DNA of 63,360 nt, the filler included, from Collodictyon triciliatum (lineage: Eukaryota): NCBI GenBank assembly GCA_043381765.1. It is 21 parts of 21 records of this genome, joined end to end, with 100 filler letters (N's around TTAATTAATTAA, not from the genome) between each part and the next. Parts side by side here need not be neighbours in the genome. Positions count along the whole stretch, not along the records: positions 1 to 2,999 come from JBHJMP010007939.1; positions 3,100 to 6,098 come from JBHJMP010007940.1; positions 6,199 to 9,196 come from JBHJMP010007941.1; positions 9,297 to 12,294 come from JBHJMP010007942.1; positions 12,395 to 15,392 come from JBHJMP010007943.1; 16 more parts are not named here. The stretch is one strand, 5' to 3'. This document shows positions 1 through 13,684 of the stretch, one piece after another. The notes below the pieces were generated by a model, which saw nothing but the letters and a program-made list of their open reading frames with translations, made no database searches and was not told the origin of the DNA. The translations under genes were made by a program, and so were the position numbers. Each line of letters opens with the position of its first letter. Within the stretch, counting starts at the first letter, position 1.

Positions 1-1650
1 CCGTCCGAATTCGTATCAGGAAACATCTTAAATAATATTTATAATCCTAAATTTTATCGGAAATTGATAAGAGAGCTGGCTAACAGTATTGTTAATGTCA
101 TGAACCCGCACCAAAAAGAGATACGTCATACTCCCCCTCCCCCGAAAACGTGATACCACAAACAACGCACTGGCACTACCTATTTACACCCCCTGTTCGA
201 GGCCTTTTTACCAATCTATGGAAGTTTACTGCATGGTGGGTTTTTTGATCATGTTTATAAAAGTTTTTCTTTATGTTGAGTTCAGGGAATAGGATTTTAC
301 ATTCTCATTCTACCCATGTTAATACAATTTTTTACTTTTTTTTGCAGGATTTGTAGGCTTGTAGATTTTCAAATAATCCACACACCTTTCCCCTCCAACT
401 CAACATGTGAGGTTATAGCGCATATGTTCACACCTGAAATTGATGACTGAACCGCCTTTTTTTGCAGACAGATCATGCCCTTTTTTTCTGTGAGTATTTT
501 TTATATGTACTCCGACATGACCCATATTCCAACACCGATTATATAAGATAATTTGATTATATTTTTAAAAGATTGAATTACATGGAGCTAATTTGATACA
601 CGTCCACCGTCTATGCTTCAAACTCTGACAATACTATTCATCTTATCGAAATGTGCCTGATTTGAAAGTTAGACTGTTCTATGGGCCATGGAGTCACATG
701 TCCTTTACCATCTATTAAACAATTAAAATGCCAACTTTATATTTTCACTTTTTTCACTTGACCCAAATTCATACAAGGCAAATATTCTATATCATATTGA
801 TCTTATCTAAATTGATGCAACAAATATGCAGGTTTGTCGAACCATCTCCAAAATCTACTGAATAATGATTGACCAAGTCTCATGGTTATTGCAATCGACA
901 TTTTCATCTGTAAGTATTCATAATATATGTAAAATAAGCGCTTGTTTCCTTTCAGCTCAGACCATGGCTTCCAATTATCTAGGATTCGAAATTACGGAAA
1001 GGTTATCACTAAAAGACTGCTCCATTTACAGTTTCAGGCCGTTCCTTGGAGGCTAAGTACGTGATTAATTGAATGTGGAAGGCCTTCGCGTCGGCTGCTG
1101 GATTATGTGAGATGTATATTTGTATAAATGATTTTTTAACTTAGTGATACTAATTTTTAACCAGTAAAATTCAAGCAAGTTTTGGCTATTGGGTCGAAAT
1201 GATCAAGACTTACTATTTCTTATTTGTTCTCATAATTTTTAAAATAACCTGATGTAATCTTGATGTAAATACTAGTACCAAAAGGCCTCATCTTTCATGA
1301 TAAACACATTATTTTACTTTCATTTTTACTTCCAAACATGGACATAATAATAGATTCATTATTTCATACCTTTTGGTAGTTCACAAACAAGATTGTTATA
1401 AAGAGTGGAGTCTTAAACCTCACTATTACATCCACCAAATATATCTATCCGATAAATTCTATCAATAAGAGTTTTAAGTGGATTTATCATGTAAATCAAA
1501 AGTGAGAGGAGATATGAAGAATAAATCTATCGTATTGAATCAACTGAAATGTTCAAACAAAAACAATAACATATGAAAATAGTATATAATGAGGTCTTCT
1601 TAATCAGATAAATTATATACCATGAACTTTTTTCACTTCTAGTCGAATAC

Positions 1651-2999
1651 ATGGGTTGCTCATGTAGTCATCCCAGTCAAAGATCTGGAGACCAGAAACA
1701 GACGGAACCAACACGAGAATCTGCGCCAGTCGATGAGAAAATTCGCAGAGGCTTGATTACAGCCGCAGTTTATTCTGATGGCGAAGAGAGATGGACTGTT
1801 GTCTATGACTCCAGAGTCTTGAGAATCTTCATGTCCTCCACATTTCGAGACATGCAAAGAGAAAGAGACGAGTTCTTTGCAAATGCCGAAAAAAAGTAAA
1901 ACTGTTTCATTCAATTACAAAAATTAATGATTAGGCATTTGTATGTTCGGTTTATGGATTAATCAAAAAATTGTTACAGACTCAAAGACTTTGCCAAGAA
2001 GAAGGGTGTCATCCTAATTTTCATCGACTTGCGCTGGGGGCTGACCAGTGAAACATCTGAAAATGGATTGGTGGGAATTATTCAAGTTCTTTCTGTTTTT
2101 TTATTTTAATTCAATTTTTGGAAGTTTTAAATATCATGATTGTATAGGTCGTTATCAGCTGCCTTGAATCTATCGAGGAATGCCCTTACTTTCTATGCAC
2201 GCTCGGTTCACGTTACGGCTGGTCACCAAACCATGAAAACCCATCTGAATGGCATCCAGACACGGACTTGAAGTTTCCATACCTCAAGGAGATTAGGGGT
2301 TTCAGTGTGACTGATTACGAGGTTCATTTAAGCAGTTTATCCACTTGGAGTCAAATATTTGTATTTATCACTATTAGTCTCTAACATCAATAATATCAAA
2401 TAGATTGTTCACAGTGCTCTGAAAGAAAATCCTGTTGCCCGACGCGCACTCTTCTATTCCCGAGACGAAGAACATGCAGTCAACCATGTTGCTGAAACCG
2501 ATGCAGAGCGTGCATTATATCGCCCAGTCAATGAAAAGGATGTAAGCAGAAAGAATTTTGGACCATTTTCCCTTTATAATACTACGGTAATTTAAATGCT
2601 CATATGTGCCTTAATTTCAGAGAGAAAATCAGGATGGGTTGAAAGAAAAGATTGGAAATGTGTTTGAAGTCAAGCCATACAAGACACCCCAGCAGCTCGC
2701 CTCGATGATAGTTGACGATTTGATGGAAGCAATCGACAAGGATTTTCCTGACCAAGAGGTTTGGTTTCAAAGCATTTTTAATTAAACCGTAATTATTATA
2801 ACTTAAGAAAGGTAGTTACACTCTCTAAATATTAATATCAATAACCTTGCAGCATAAACATCCTGAGGACATGTCGCATGAGCAGTTTATGCGACATCGG
2901 CTGATTGGATTGGAAGGAAGAGACACCATCTTGGCCATTTTGAAGGAGAGAGCGATTTTGCAGCTCGATACTGACGGTTCTGATATTACCATTGTTGGT
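1651..2999 (+). CDS. DUF4062-domain protein (NPHP3/TEP1/NACHT-type N-terminus), multi-exon, 3'-truncated by contig end
   Basis: Spliced exons give RIFMSSTFRDMQRERDEFF ... LIFIDLRWGL ... CLESIEECPYFLCTLGSRYGW ... SVTDYE(I), the DUF4062 pattern. The protein begins MGCSCS (myristoylation/palmitoylation-like). Introns are GT-AG. Confidence 0.8.
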
Positions 3000-3099
3000 N
3001 NNNNNNNNNNNNNNNNNNNNNNNNNNNNNNNNNNNNNNNNNNNTTAATTAATTAANNNNNNNNNNNNNNNNNNNNNNNNNNNNNNNNNNNNNNNNNNNN
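3000..3099. other. Artificial scaffold spacer (N-run + TTAATTAATTAA + N-run), first of 20. The others start at 6099, 9197, 12295, 15393, 18491, 21588, 24685, 27781, 30875, 33967, 37059, 40151, 43243, 46335, 49427, 52519, 55610, 58700 and 61790.
   Basis: The same 100-nt linker, with stops in all six frames, recurs every ~3.1 kb. The intervening pieces are all ~2,990-3,000 nt, as expected for size-sorted contigs. Confidence 0.98.
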
Positions 3100-3219
3100 A
3101 CCTTGCCAGAGCATCTTGGGATGATATCTCAACCCAGCACGCCAATAATAATGCACCATCAAGATTGCTTTATTTTCTTTCAACTTACCCCGCTTCTATC
3201 CCATATAAAAAGCAGCCAC

Positions 3220-4796
3220 ATGGCCGTTGACACCAACGTTTCATTCCACTCCTATGCCGCGTTGAGTACCGGAGTAGCTCTTGAGCCATGGAGGTATCAT
3301 CCCTGCATCCTTGGCCTGCGCAAGATTGAGATCAAAATCACCCACTGAGAATCTGCGGATCGGGTGAGTGACCTTTGTCACAAACACACAGAGGCTGCAG
3401 CAAGTTGTAAAGCTCAGCTTGTGATGAGAAGCAACGCCGCGCCGTAGACTCTGATGTTGTTGCTCCACTTATCGGTATTATTCACAACTTTACAGATACC
3501 CATACCATCGATAACGGCTGGAAGAGGTCGGTCTATCTTATGGTGGTTGGACATGAGGTTATCGGCGAGGTTGTTGCCACAGGCCCTAACATGACGAACT
3601 TGAAGGTTAGTCTCATAAAAATGCCTCATCATGTAAAGCTTTGCATGTTACGTAGTCTTGCGCTCACCTCTCATCAATATCGACCTTCATTCAAGGCAGG
3701 AGACCGAGTGGGTGTGGGCGTCAGTGTTTTGCCTGTCTGAAGTCCGATTTTTATGAGTGCAGCAACAAGGATAATCAATCGTACCCAAAGAAAGTCATCA
3801 CCTACAATATATCCTACGCTGACGGTGAGCTCTCAAGGGGCGGATATGCCGACCGCATCCGTGTCTTGTCCAACTTCGCCTTCCTCTTCCCAGAAAGTAT
3901 CCCTTCTGATGTTGCTGCTCCTCTTCTATGCGCTGGAATCACAGTTTTTGCTGCCCTGAGGCGGTAGGGACATTATTTAGACTCACAGATGCTTAAGTTA
4001 CATAATTTCTTGATACAATAAACGAAGCGCAATACATATACGCTTTTTTTCTATAAGCAGCGACCGTGCAAGCAACGGAATCAAGGTGGGAATCATTGGT
4101 ATCGGAGGACATGGGCATTTGGGAATCTGGTTCGCCAAGGTTTGTTTTACCTATGATATTTATGTAACAAAATAAAATAACTTCACGGCACACACCGCTT
4201 TAAAGTGGATTCATGTGTTTATATATTTAAAACATTAAAATAATGCAGGCCCTAGGAGGCGAAGTAACCGCCATTTCTCACTCAGAGAAAAAGAAAGAGG
4301 AAGTCATCAAGCTTGGAGCGCATCACTTCATCAACAGTAGCAACCCTGCTGAAATCGCTGCTGCTGCAAAGACCGTTTGCGAATCAAGCACAAAAGTTGT
4401 CAACATGCGCTTATCTATTGCTAAAATAAGGAAAGTGAACTTTGTTTTACAATCAGAATTTGTTAGTTGGATGTTATCCTTGTGACAGAAAAGCAACGAC
4501 ATGAACTAGGGCGGGTATCTGTCACTTCTCCGCACTCACAGAAAAATGGTCGTGGTTGGTCTCCCTGAGGAACTCACCAAAATCGCGCCCTTCAATCTTA
4601 TCATGAGCCAAGTCGGCCTGTGTGGCAGCGTCATCGGCTCCACTTTCGAAATCAAAGAAATGTCGCAATTCGCTTTTAAGTACAACGTCAGTGCTTGGTT
4701 GGAGTTCTGCCCATCCAAAACATCAATACTGCCCTCGAGCGCGTTCGTGCTGGTGGTGTCCGCTACCGCCTCGTCCTGGAAAACAAGTTTGACTAA
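3220..4796 (+). pseudogene. NADP-dependent Zn alcohol dehydrogenase (CAD/ADH6/YahK type) pseudogene, introns retained
   Basis: Motifs VVGHEVIGEV, GDRVGVG, AAPLLCAGITVF, GIIGIGGHGHLG, GSVIGS and RYRLVL are present. Disablements: frameshift/TGA at the catalytic H-C-G-I-C motif (~3346), frameshift ~3720, in-frame TAG ~4507, frameshift ~4720. Confidence 0.85.
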
Positions 4797-5411
4797 GCAA
4801 CATCCCACCACAGTCCTACATTCCAGGCTGGCACCCATTTCTTTTCGACCCTATGGACAATGCCCATGATAAATACTTTCGCGCCATGCTTCGTCAGTGT
4901 GATGGTCTCTCACAATCTAAAATGAAATCCCTTAGCGGGTCTGGTATACACAAAAATGAAAACCCCTTCACCGCTACCACAAACCGTTATGTCTGATTGG
5001 ATATGATAGCCTGCCTTCTAGAAAATACGGTTTTGTTCGTTTGCTTGTCTTTTTTCTATCTGTATGCATCTACCCTGACGATTTTCTCCTCCATATTTTG
5101 TTTGATTACATACATAGTCTGCTTGTGTTATTGTTGCATAAACTAGGTATATTTTTTCACGCAAAAAAACAAAAAATCAAAACAAAAAATCAAAACAAAA
5201 AATCAAAACAAAAAATCAAAACAAAAATCAAATCAAATCAAAACAAAACAAAACAAAAAATCAAAAGAAAAGTAAGGAGTAAAGCGACATAAATATTCTC
5301 AATCAATTCTAAAAAAACATGATAGCATTGTGGTATAGCTTTTATATTGATACGAGAAGAGATAAACCATAGAATCAGGGGGAAAATTATTCAAATACAC
5401 CAGAATTACCC

Positions 5412-5945
5412 TTACATCCCACGTTTATTTTTACTACTTGCGTTTATGGTACTGGATAAAAGTAGACAATTATCACGAAGAGCTCCCATTTTTTCATTAA
5501 ATATTCTTACTTTCCCATCCAAGCACGAAGTCGCCAGTTGAGGGTGAAGTGGGTGGAATGCAACATCAGTGGCTGTGTCCGTGTACCTCACTATTTTATG
5601 TAAGACTGTTCCTTTGTGAAAGTCGTACAATTATGCAGACTATATGAATACGCATCAGATTTTTGCCAGCACCAGCCATTACTTCATATCAACCACATAT
5701 TGTTGCTCTGTAAATTATAATTTTCATAGAAGAGACTCTATAGCATAATTAATTGTTGTTGGTGTTGTATATCATAAACTAATTATTCAGAATAATAAAT
5801 GTTAATTTGGCTCGCATTCTGTATTTTTAAATTCAACAAACTTTGTCTTCTAATCCACAATCCAGAAATTGCAAACAAAGGGTTGTATGATATACCAAGT
5901 TCATGAATGCGGTTTATATGCCCCTCAAACCTTCGAACAAACCTC
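5412..5945 (-). pseudogene. WDR27: WD40 protein C-terminus, WDR27-like, disabled
   Basis: Exons read RRFEGHINRIHELGISYNP/(frameshift)CLQFLDCGLEDK and SA*LYDFHKGTVLHKIVRYTDTATDVAFHPLHPQLATSCLDGKVRIF, matching the WDR27 C-terminal repeats. There is a 1-nt frameshift at ~5880 and an in-frame TAA at 5631-5633. Confidence 0.65.
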
Positions 5946-6010
5946 AACATTGTATTTGTGCGAAAAAAAAGGTATAAAGGTATGTAAATATACCACTACA
6001 TAACAATAAC

Positions 6011-6098
<88 letters not shown>

Positions 6099-6912
6099 NN
6101 NNNNNNNNNNNNNNNNNNNNNNNNNNNNNNNNNNNNNNNNNNTTAATTAATTAANNNNNNNNNNNNNNNNNNNNNNNNNNNNNNNNNNNNNNNNNNNNTT
6201 TATTATTGCTTTTTTTATTATTGCTTTTTTTATTATTGCTTTTTTTATTATTGCTTTTTTTATTATTGCTTTTTTATTATTGCTTTTTTTATTATTGCTT
6301 TTTTTATTATTCCTTTTATTTTTTGGTTTTTTTTGACTTTTTTTTATGGCTTTTTATGTGGTGTTGTTAGTTTGTAAATGAGTATATCTAACCGTGTCAA
6401 TCGCTACATAAAATCAAACCCGGAATCATCTGGTATTCGGGGTTTTCTAAAACTAACAATCCCTCGACTACCCTATCTCTCTCGATTTAATGCAACAGTT
6501 AATGCTTAATATTGAATCAAGATTCCAAACTATATAATTTCATAAGTGTAAAAATTCATATCTCAACATCACCAAAAAAAAAAGTTCAAATAATCAAAAT
6601 CCTTAAAAAAAAAAATAAATAAAAAAGCAAAATTTCACTTCTTTTTAATCTACTTTATATCACTATTTAAATCTCAATCCAATCTACCTCGACTTCTAGT
6701 CCATATTAAGTTTTATAAGAAATTAGTTCATCTGACTCTATATAAATAAGGAAGGGAACATCCTTTTCAATTAGCTAGGAAATAGTATTAGGGATGTGCT
6801 GCATTAAAATATATATGAAAACACTTCATAGAAAAAAATTTATTCACGGTTCCTTTTCTTTGAGTACTATATAGCAACTATTGACTTATATTATCACGAC
6901 CTACATTATTAG

Positions 6913-9024
6913 ATTAAGTATGCGTATCAAGAAGCCAAGGAAGCCAGAAATATCACAGAAGCACGATTATTGGAGCTCAAGAAACTGAGACTAACAAAAC
7001 TACTTGCTTGTGATGGACCCCAGCAAATACTAAAAGATATACCAGGTCCATTCAACTTTCTTTTCTTTTTCTTTTTTTTAGTATAGCCTACATTCTTTTC
7101 TCTCTTCTTTTTTTTTCTCCTTTATTCGATTCAAAGCTTTTCTCTCTTCTTTATTTTATTTGCTTCAAGAATGTGCTTTGATTTCACCCCAATCTGTAGA
7201 CCTCTCTATGTCTAAAATAAAACAAGAAATAAACATATCAAAAGATTATGTGCATAATACATCCACAGACCAATACCCACCAGGCTCTATCGCTTTTGTC
7301 CCACACGTCAGATATAATGGAAAGCTGTTGTGGATTCCGGTCGAAATCATTTCCAAGGCTATTGAAGATGGACCATCTTCAAATGATATTTCGAAATCTG
7401 ACATGAGGCTTACAAAATTTATTTGCCCATTGGAAAAAAGGCAGCAACCATGCCGACGGTTTTTTGCAGAGGAGGAAGCAACAACAGTTGCAACACTGCA
7501 AACCCCTGCTAAGTATGCCCTTGTATGTTCTTTTGGTGAGAGATGTCAGTTTTCACATGGCATGAACTTCGATGTCTCTGTGATGGTGCCGTCTCCATTC
7601 ACATCACTTGATGGGCACACGTTTTCTAAAGGGGATATGTGCTACGCAAAATATAAGGACGGCTTGTGGTATAAGGCAGTATTTGATAGAAAACAAGAGC
7701 CTTTCTATATCGTGACGTTTCCTGAATATGGCAATACTGAGGTTGTAGACGAAAAATCAATTTTTCCTCAACTTTCAAATATTGAGGATGAAGCAAGTGT
7801 TGTGTCTCTATCGAGTGACGATGATTCGAAAGGAACTTCGGATGATGTGTCTGAGAGCTCCACCGACTCCAAATCTGATCAAGATTCTATTGGAGCAGAG
7901 GAAGAAGAGAAAGAAAAAGAAAGACTTGAAAAGCATGGCTGGATAGGATTTGGAGAATTTGGAACGAGCTCATATCAGGGAGGTGAAAAGGGAGCCCACC
8001 ACCACCACCATTCATTCGGGTCTTGGGAGAAACACACAAAAGGTATTGGAATGAAACTTCTCTCAAAGATGGGCTACAAACTGGTAAGTTTGACATTTGA
8101 TTTATTTGTTTTTTAAATCATCTTCAATATATTTACCTTCTTCTTTACTTTTGTATATTCATTTGGATCAGCTATATCAATAAAAAATAAAAAAAAATAA
8201 AAAAACGGGTGCTTCTTTGAATATCTCAAATCTTGCTTACAAGCAATTAATAATAAAAAAAAAAATGAACATGATTTCTACGAAAGGGAGAGGGGCTGGG
8301 TACCGAAGGAAATGGTATCATAGAACCTATTGAGGTAAAACCATGTATATTGAGACGAAACGCCAACTTTGTACAAGAATATAAACTGGAACTGAGGTTG
8401 AACAATAGTGAATTAAAAGAAATTATATCGTATATTCTCGTAGATATATCTCCATCCACAAGGAGCATCCTTGGATAAAATAATGGAACTAAAAGAAAAA
8501 GGGAAAGACCACACAAAAGTGTATGTTTATAACAAACCTATTAGAAAATACCACCAGCCAATATATATAATTTCCAAATATATAATATATGGGAGATAAC
8601 TCTGCACACTTTGATATTGGCGTTTGAATTGAGAACGCATAATTGATTTTTAAAGAGGGGGCAACAACGAAAAAGGAAGAAAGAGAAAGAAGGGAACTCG
8701 AGAAGATGTAAGACATATGTATCGCAGGATGATATTCGAATGGATTATATTATTATTTAAAAAATGATTTTGTTTAATATCAGCCCATGAGAAAGATATC
8801 AATAATGACGAATAAGTGATTCATTTTGGCTGTAAATATAAGGAATCTGTTATATCAAATATTTACCCATTGAGCAGCAATCTCTCATATGTTTATGCAC
8901 GAACGAATTTTGGAAATGCGTATAGGAAGAAGATGAATCATCAAAAAAGTCCAAATCGTTGTTTGAATTCATGAATGACTCTCTATTTGGGCGAGAACCC
9001 AAAAAATTGAAGCCCGCTCTAAGG
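6913..9024 (+). CDS. ZGPAT: Zinc finger CCCH, Tudor-like and G-patch domain protein (ZGPAT-like), partial, multi-exon
   Basis: PCRRFF...CSFGERCQFSHG (CCCH), CYAKYKDGLWYKA...VTFPEYG (Tudor-like), an acidic linker, FGSWEKHTKGIGMKLLSKMGY + GEGLGTEGNGIIEPIEV (G-patch), then a LFEFMN motif. Confidence 0.85.
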
Positions 9025-9431
9025 GTATTTGGAGTTATAGAATATACTCACCTACCATCTCATGAATTTCTTTATTTAGCTTCATTACACACACACACTC
9101 ACTCACTCACTCACTCACTCACTCACTCACTCACTCACTCACTCACTCACTCACTCACTCACTCACTCACTCACTCACTCACTCACTCACTCACTCNNNN
9201 NNNNNNNNNNNNNNNNNNNNNNNNNNNNNNNNNNNNNNNNTTAATTAATTAANNNNNNNNNNNNNNNNNNNNNNNNNNNNNNNNNNNNNNNNNNNNTTTT
9301 TTGGTCAAAGTAATAAAGCAAGATGTTAAACAAATGATCATAAAAAACGAAGATAGAGCGTGTTAATCAGGAACTTATGATCGTGTGTGTGTTTTTTTTA
9401 TTAGTCTAATAATATTTTCTTATGTGCACAG

Positions 9432-12180
9432 GTTCACAAAGGACTTTGGAGAGACACCGAAGTTGCCGTCAAGAAATTATATAACCAAGAGGAGCTGAAT
9501 CAAAACATCAGCGAATTTTCCAATGAAATAGGATTACTAGTGTGCGTATATCTTCTTTTCGCCATGTACTCGGAAAAACATACATTTAAGAAAAAAAGGG
9601 GGGATTGCTAACCAATTAAATTATATTAGTGAATTGAGGCATCCAAATATAGTTTTGTACATGGCCGCTTGTATGAGCCCTCCTAATTTGTGTATCATCA
9701 GTGAATTGATGAAAAAGGGGTCTTTGTATGATTTCCTTCACAGCCACACAGACATATCATTGAAACACAAGTTGGGCTTTGTGCGTGACGTTGTTAAAGG
9801 TATAAAAACAAGAATTCATAAAATATCCATTTGGAATCAAATTATCACTTGAATGTATTTGATAAAAAAAAAAAAATAAGTGCATGAATTCACCTTCAAT
9901 AGGGATGAACTACCTTCACTCCGCAAGAACGCCTGTCATTCATCGAGACCTGAAATCGCCCAATTTGCTGGTTGGATAACTTCATTTATTTTTTTAAAAA
10001 AAATAATATAGAATCGAATACAAAGGGAAAATATTTGAAACCACTAGTATTGCATAGTATATCATGCATATATTTACATTTAACTAACATAATTTTGCCT
10101 TGCGATTTTACTCCAAAAATTGACTGCAATTTCATTAGCTGGATGAGAATCTGAATCTCAAGATAAGGTTATATTAAATACGATGAATATCCAGTATGCT
10201 GGTGAATAATTTTATGGTGCGTCATCTATCATGTTTTATTTTAACGTCAACTTATATTATCTTTCTAGTGACTTTGGACTATCTAGCGCAAAAGCAGTTA
10301 AGAAAGGAGAATGGGAGGGAAGTTTCGCTTGGCTTGCACCAGAAGTTTTCACCGATGGGAGATACTCTTTGAAATCAGATGTTTTCAGCTTTGCCATTAT
10401 TCTCTGGGAAATTATGACCCAGAAGTACCCTTACGAGGATCTCGATGGACGCTACGCAATCATACCATATGTTTCACAACAGAAAAGAATGGTTGTACCC
10501 GAGAGTGTCCCACATCAGTTCAGCAATTTGATTCAAAAATGTTGGAGACACAACCCAGACGAGCGGCCAAGTTTTGATGATATTCAGAAAGAACTGGAAT
10601 CTATTATCGATGACGATTTTATTCAATTTTTGGGTGCTGTTAAGGTACGTTCATGGGTTTAATAATCATATAATCTTTACTTACCTGATGCAGCAATTTC
10701 AAATAACAATAAATGTTGCTTTATAGAATATTACGGACAGATTTACAAACTCAGAAAGGAACGGAGCAGCCGTGACCATTCGCGTTGAGAACAATGTGGA
10801 GTTATGGGAGGCATCCGCCTCAGCGATGGAAAGATCTCTTATCATCCTTAGCGACTTTATCCGAAAAGTATTTCTAGCATGCGTTTCTTCAAACTCCATT
10901 AGTTGTTTTTGTTATATGTAATATTTTTTTCTCCTTACGCATTCATATTCAATAATATGTCGATGTAGACTGCAGACAAAAATGATGGGCGGAAGATTCA
11001 TTCAGAAGGGGATGAGCATGTTGTGATTTTTCTATCGACCCAAAATGCAATTTTGTAAGCCAATTATTTTGTTCATTCATCGGAATGTCCTCAAATGACA
11101 ATCAATTTTCTCCTATTAATGGGACTTTACTGCGCGACGTAAATAAATGCTAAATGTTTTATTAATTACACTTATTGCCACAGGTTTGGTTTAGAAATAC
11201 AAGAACTTGCCAACTTGGTCGAATGGCCCTCTGATTTGTTGGCAGCTACCTCAGACTTGGAGGATAGACAAGGGCTCTTTAGAGGACTTCGTATAAAAAT
11301 CGTACGAGATTTAATTATCTAATCATTCGTAGAGACCATCTGCCAATCAAGAACCGATATCTATAGCTTTTCATAGGTTTATACAAGCACGCCATTATTT
11401 TAAATTCATTGAATTATTTCTCTTCTATTTCAATTTTCTTTAGGGTATCGCCAACGGCCCAGTCCCTGTGACAGAATTTTACGAAGAAAAATGGAAGGCT
11501 AAAGATCACGACGTATGTAGCAACAGTAAAGGACACACTTATCTCACAAACTTTAATTATGTATGAAAATAAGGCGAGACGTCAAATCACTGTGTAATAT
11601 ATTCACCTTGTTGTTGAAAAACAAAACCTCCTCAGTTATGATTTAGCCCCTATCTTCATATAAAATCCAATGTAATATTCACTCGTCTCTATTGTAACTT
11701 TGTTATCCAGGTTGTCGATATTAGCTCCAAACTTTGTAATGTATCATACGGTGGCCAGATTCTGCTAATGCGTGATGGCTATATCAATACTGAAGTTAGT
11801 GAAGTAAATAGGGGTATAAATACAAATCATATTAAGCTCATTTTTTTATTTTATTCTTGAAAACAGGAAAATAATCCTGAACTACGAGAATTGGGAAACC
11901 CATACATTAGACAATACGATATAGACTTGCACGTAGAAGGCAAATTGAAGGGACACGTAATATACGAGGTTTTTTTATATATGTTAAAATGTGCCAAATA
12001 TTATACGATGGAAAAAAAAACATACTGATAAGACTGCATATATGTCCTTTATCACAACATCAGATATATCCTCGAAACTTGAGCGAAAGAGCAGTATACT
12101 TGTCAAACAAACGATCATCGAACAACTCTAATCAAACGACTGATGGAGAAAAGAGGACGGATCCCTCACCTGACTCATTA
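9432..12180 (+). CDS. Tyrosine-kinase-like Ser/Thr kinase followed by a degenerate class III nucleotidyl cyclase domain, partial, multi-exon
   Basis: Kinase motifs VAVKKL, LRHPNIVLYMAAC, HRDLKSPNLL, DFGLS, WLAPE, SDVFSF and CWRHNPDERPSF. Downstream exons give ELWEASASAM, SEGDEHVVIF, EWPSDLL, FRGLRIKIGIANG and GGQILL, the cyclase pattern. Confidence 0.85.
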
Positions 12181-12199
12181 GTAATTTTATTTATTCCTC

Positions 12200-12294
<95 letters not shown>

Positions 12295-13684
12295 NNNNNN
12301 NNNNNNNNNNNNNNNNNNNNNNNNNNNNNNNNNNNNNNTTAATTAATTAANNNNNNNNNNNNNNNNNNNNNNNNNNNNNNNNNNNNNNNNNNNNGGTCAA
12401 TGACTTGCGAGAGTTTGGGGATGCGAGTGAGAAGATTGTCGCCTTCCTGACAATTGACCGGTATTGCGCATTCTTGGAGTTCGGCCGAGTCGTTTTGATG
12501 ACACCAGATACTTTGTCAATCTCGTGGCTGAATCGGCCCGACACAACAAACTGCGAGACTTCGCTGAGGATTGAGATGTAGAAGCAGGTAGTACAAAGTC
12601 AGAAGGGCTGATGAAATGAAACATAAAATTAATAATAAAGTCAACACACTGCAAAGTCGCGCCAGAGGATTCAGCCACAGAGCCGAGGGTGACACTGCAA
12701 TAAAGCTCGAGGAATTACGTGCATGCGATAATGCAAGGCTCTTTGGTAAGAAAGCGGCGATGCGTAGCAAAGAACCGGTAGAGTTTGATTTGCTCCGTGA
12801 TTTCTATTGAATAATATAGCGGCACGAAGTCATTATCTGAATGAGCGTCGGATTTGTGATGCAGTCATGGGAGCTAGGTTACAGTATGATACAAACATGC
12901 GTGGTTGATTAGACTGAATCTACGGACCGAGAGCCCAGAGGCAGACTCCTTGGTTGCACTGGTGGAGCGACTTCATCATGTCCTTTGCGTGTGTGATTTT
13001 GTAGACAACTCCCGAGTACTTTAGGTGCGCAGATGAGCTGAAAAGTAAATTAAAACAAAAACAATCAACAAAATCAACAAAGCACGCATGCAATTAAGTG
13101 CTGCGAAAAAAAAAGGGGGCACATGGGATGTCGCAATACAAAGTAAAAATTTGAGAAAAAGAAAAGACAAGAGAAGATAAAAAAAAAAGACGAGGGCGAT
13201 AAGCTGTGTGTGATTATCGTGGCGCAACCTTCTGCAGAACTACACAGTCCTTGGCAACTGCATCAAGCATGATTATGTAAAGAAAATAAACTGCGTGTGG
13301 CTGCATCGTTTGTAGGATGTGAAGATGGCCAGCGTGTCCGGGAAGAGAGTCACTGTTATCCTGAGGTCCGATGGAACTAAAATATGCGTCTTAGTAAGCC
13401 TTCATATGACTGTATCTTTTCAGTCTCCCTCTTCATCTACCATGCTGTTTTCAAATACGAATTAATTACATTTCTTTAAAAATTTTATGAAAAAACTAGC
13501 CTTTAAAGAAAATCTAAAATATCATAGAATGGTATTATCATGCAATTCAGCTTGACTGCCGTACGCCTGAATACAAGTAGGGGGATGCAGTGATGAAAGT
13601 GGCATATGTATGTGAGAATAATGCGGTTATGAATACGTACACTATGGCCTTTTCGATTTTGTGGGGGATTGTGCCAGCATCGTA

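Noticed and set aside
1-1300. Exon-like patches upstream of the DUF4062 gene
   Set aside because: They contain stops in the plausible frames and no recognisable motif, so no call can be supported.
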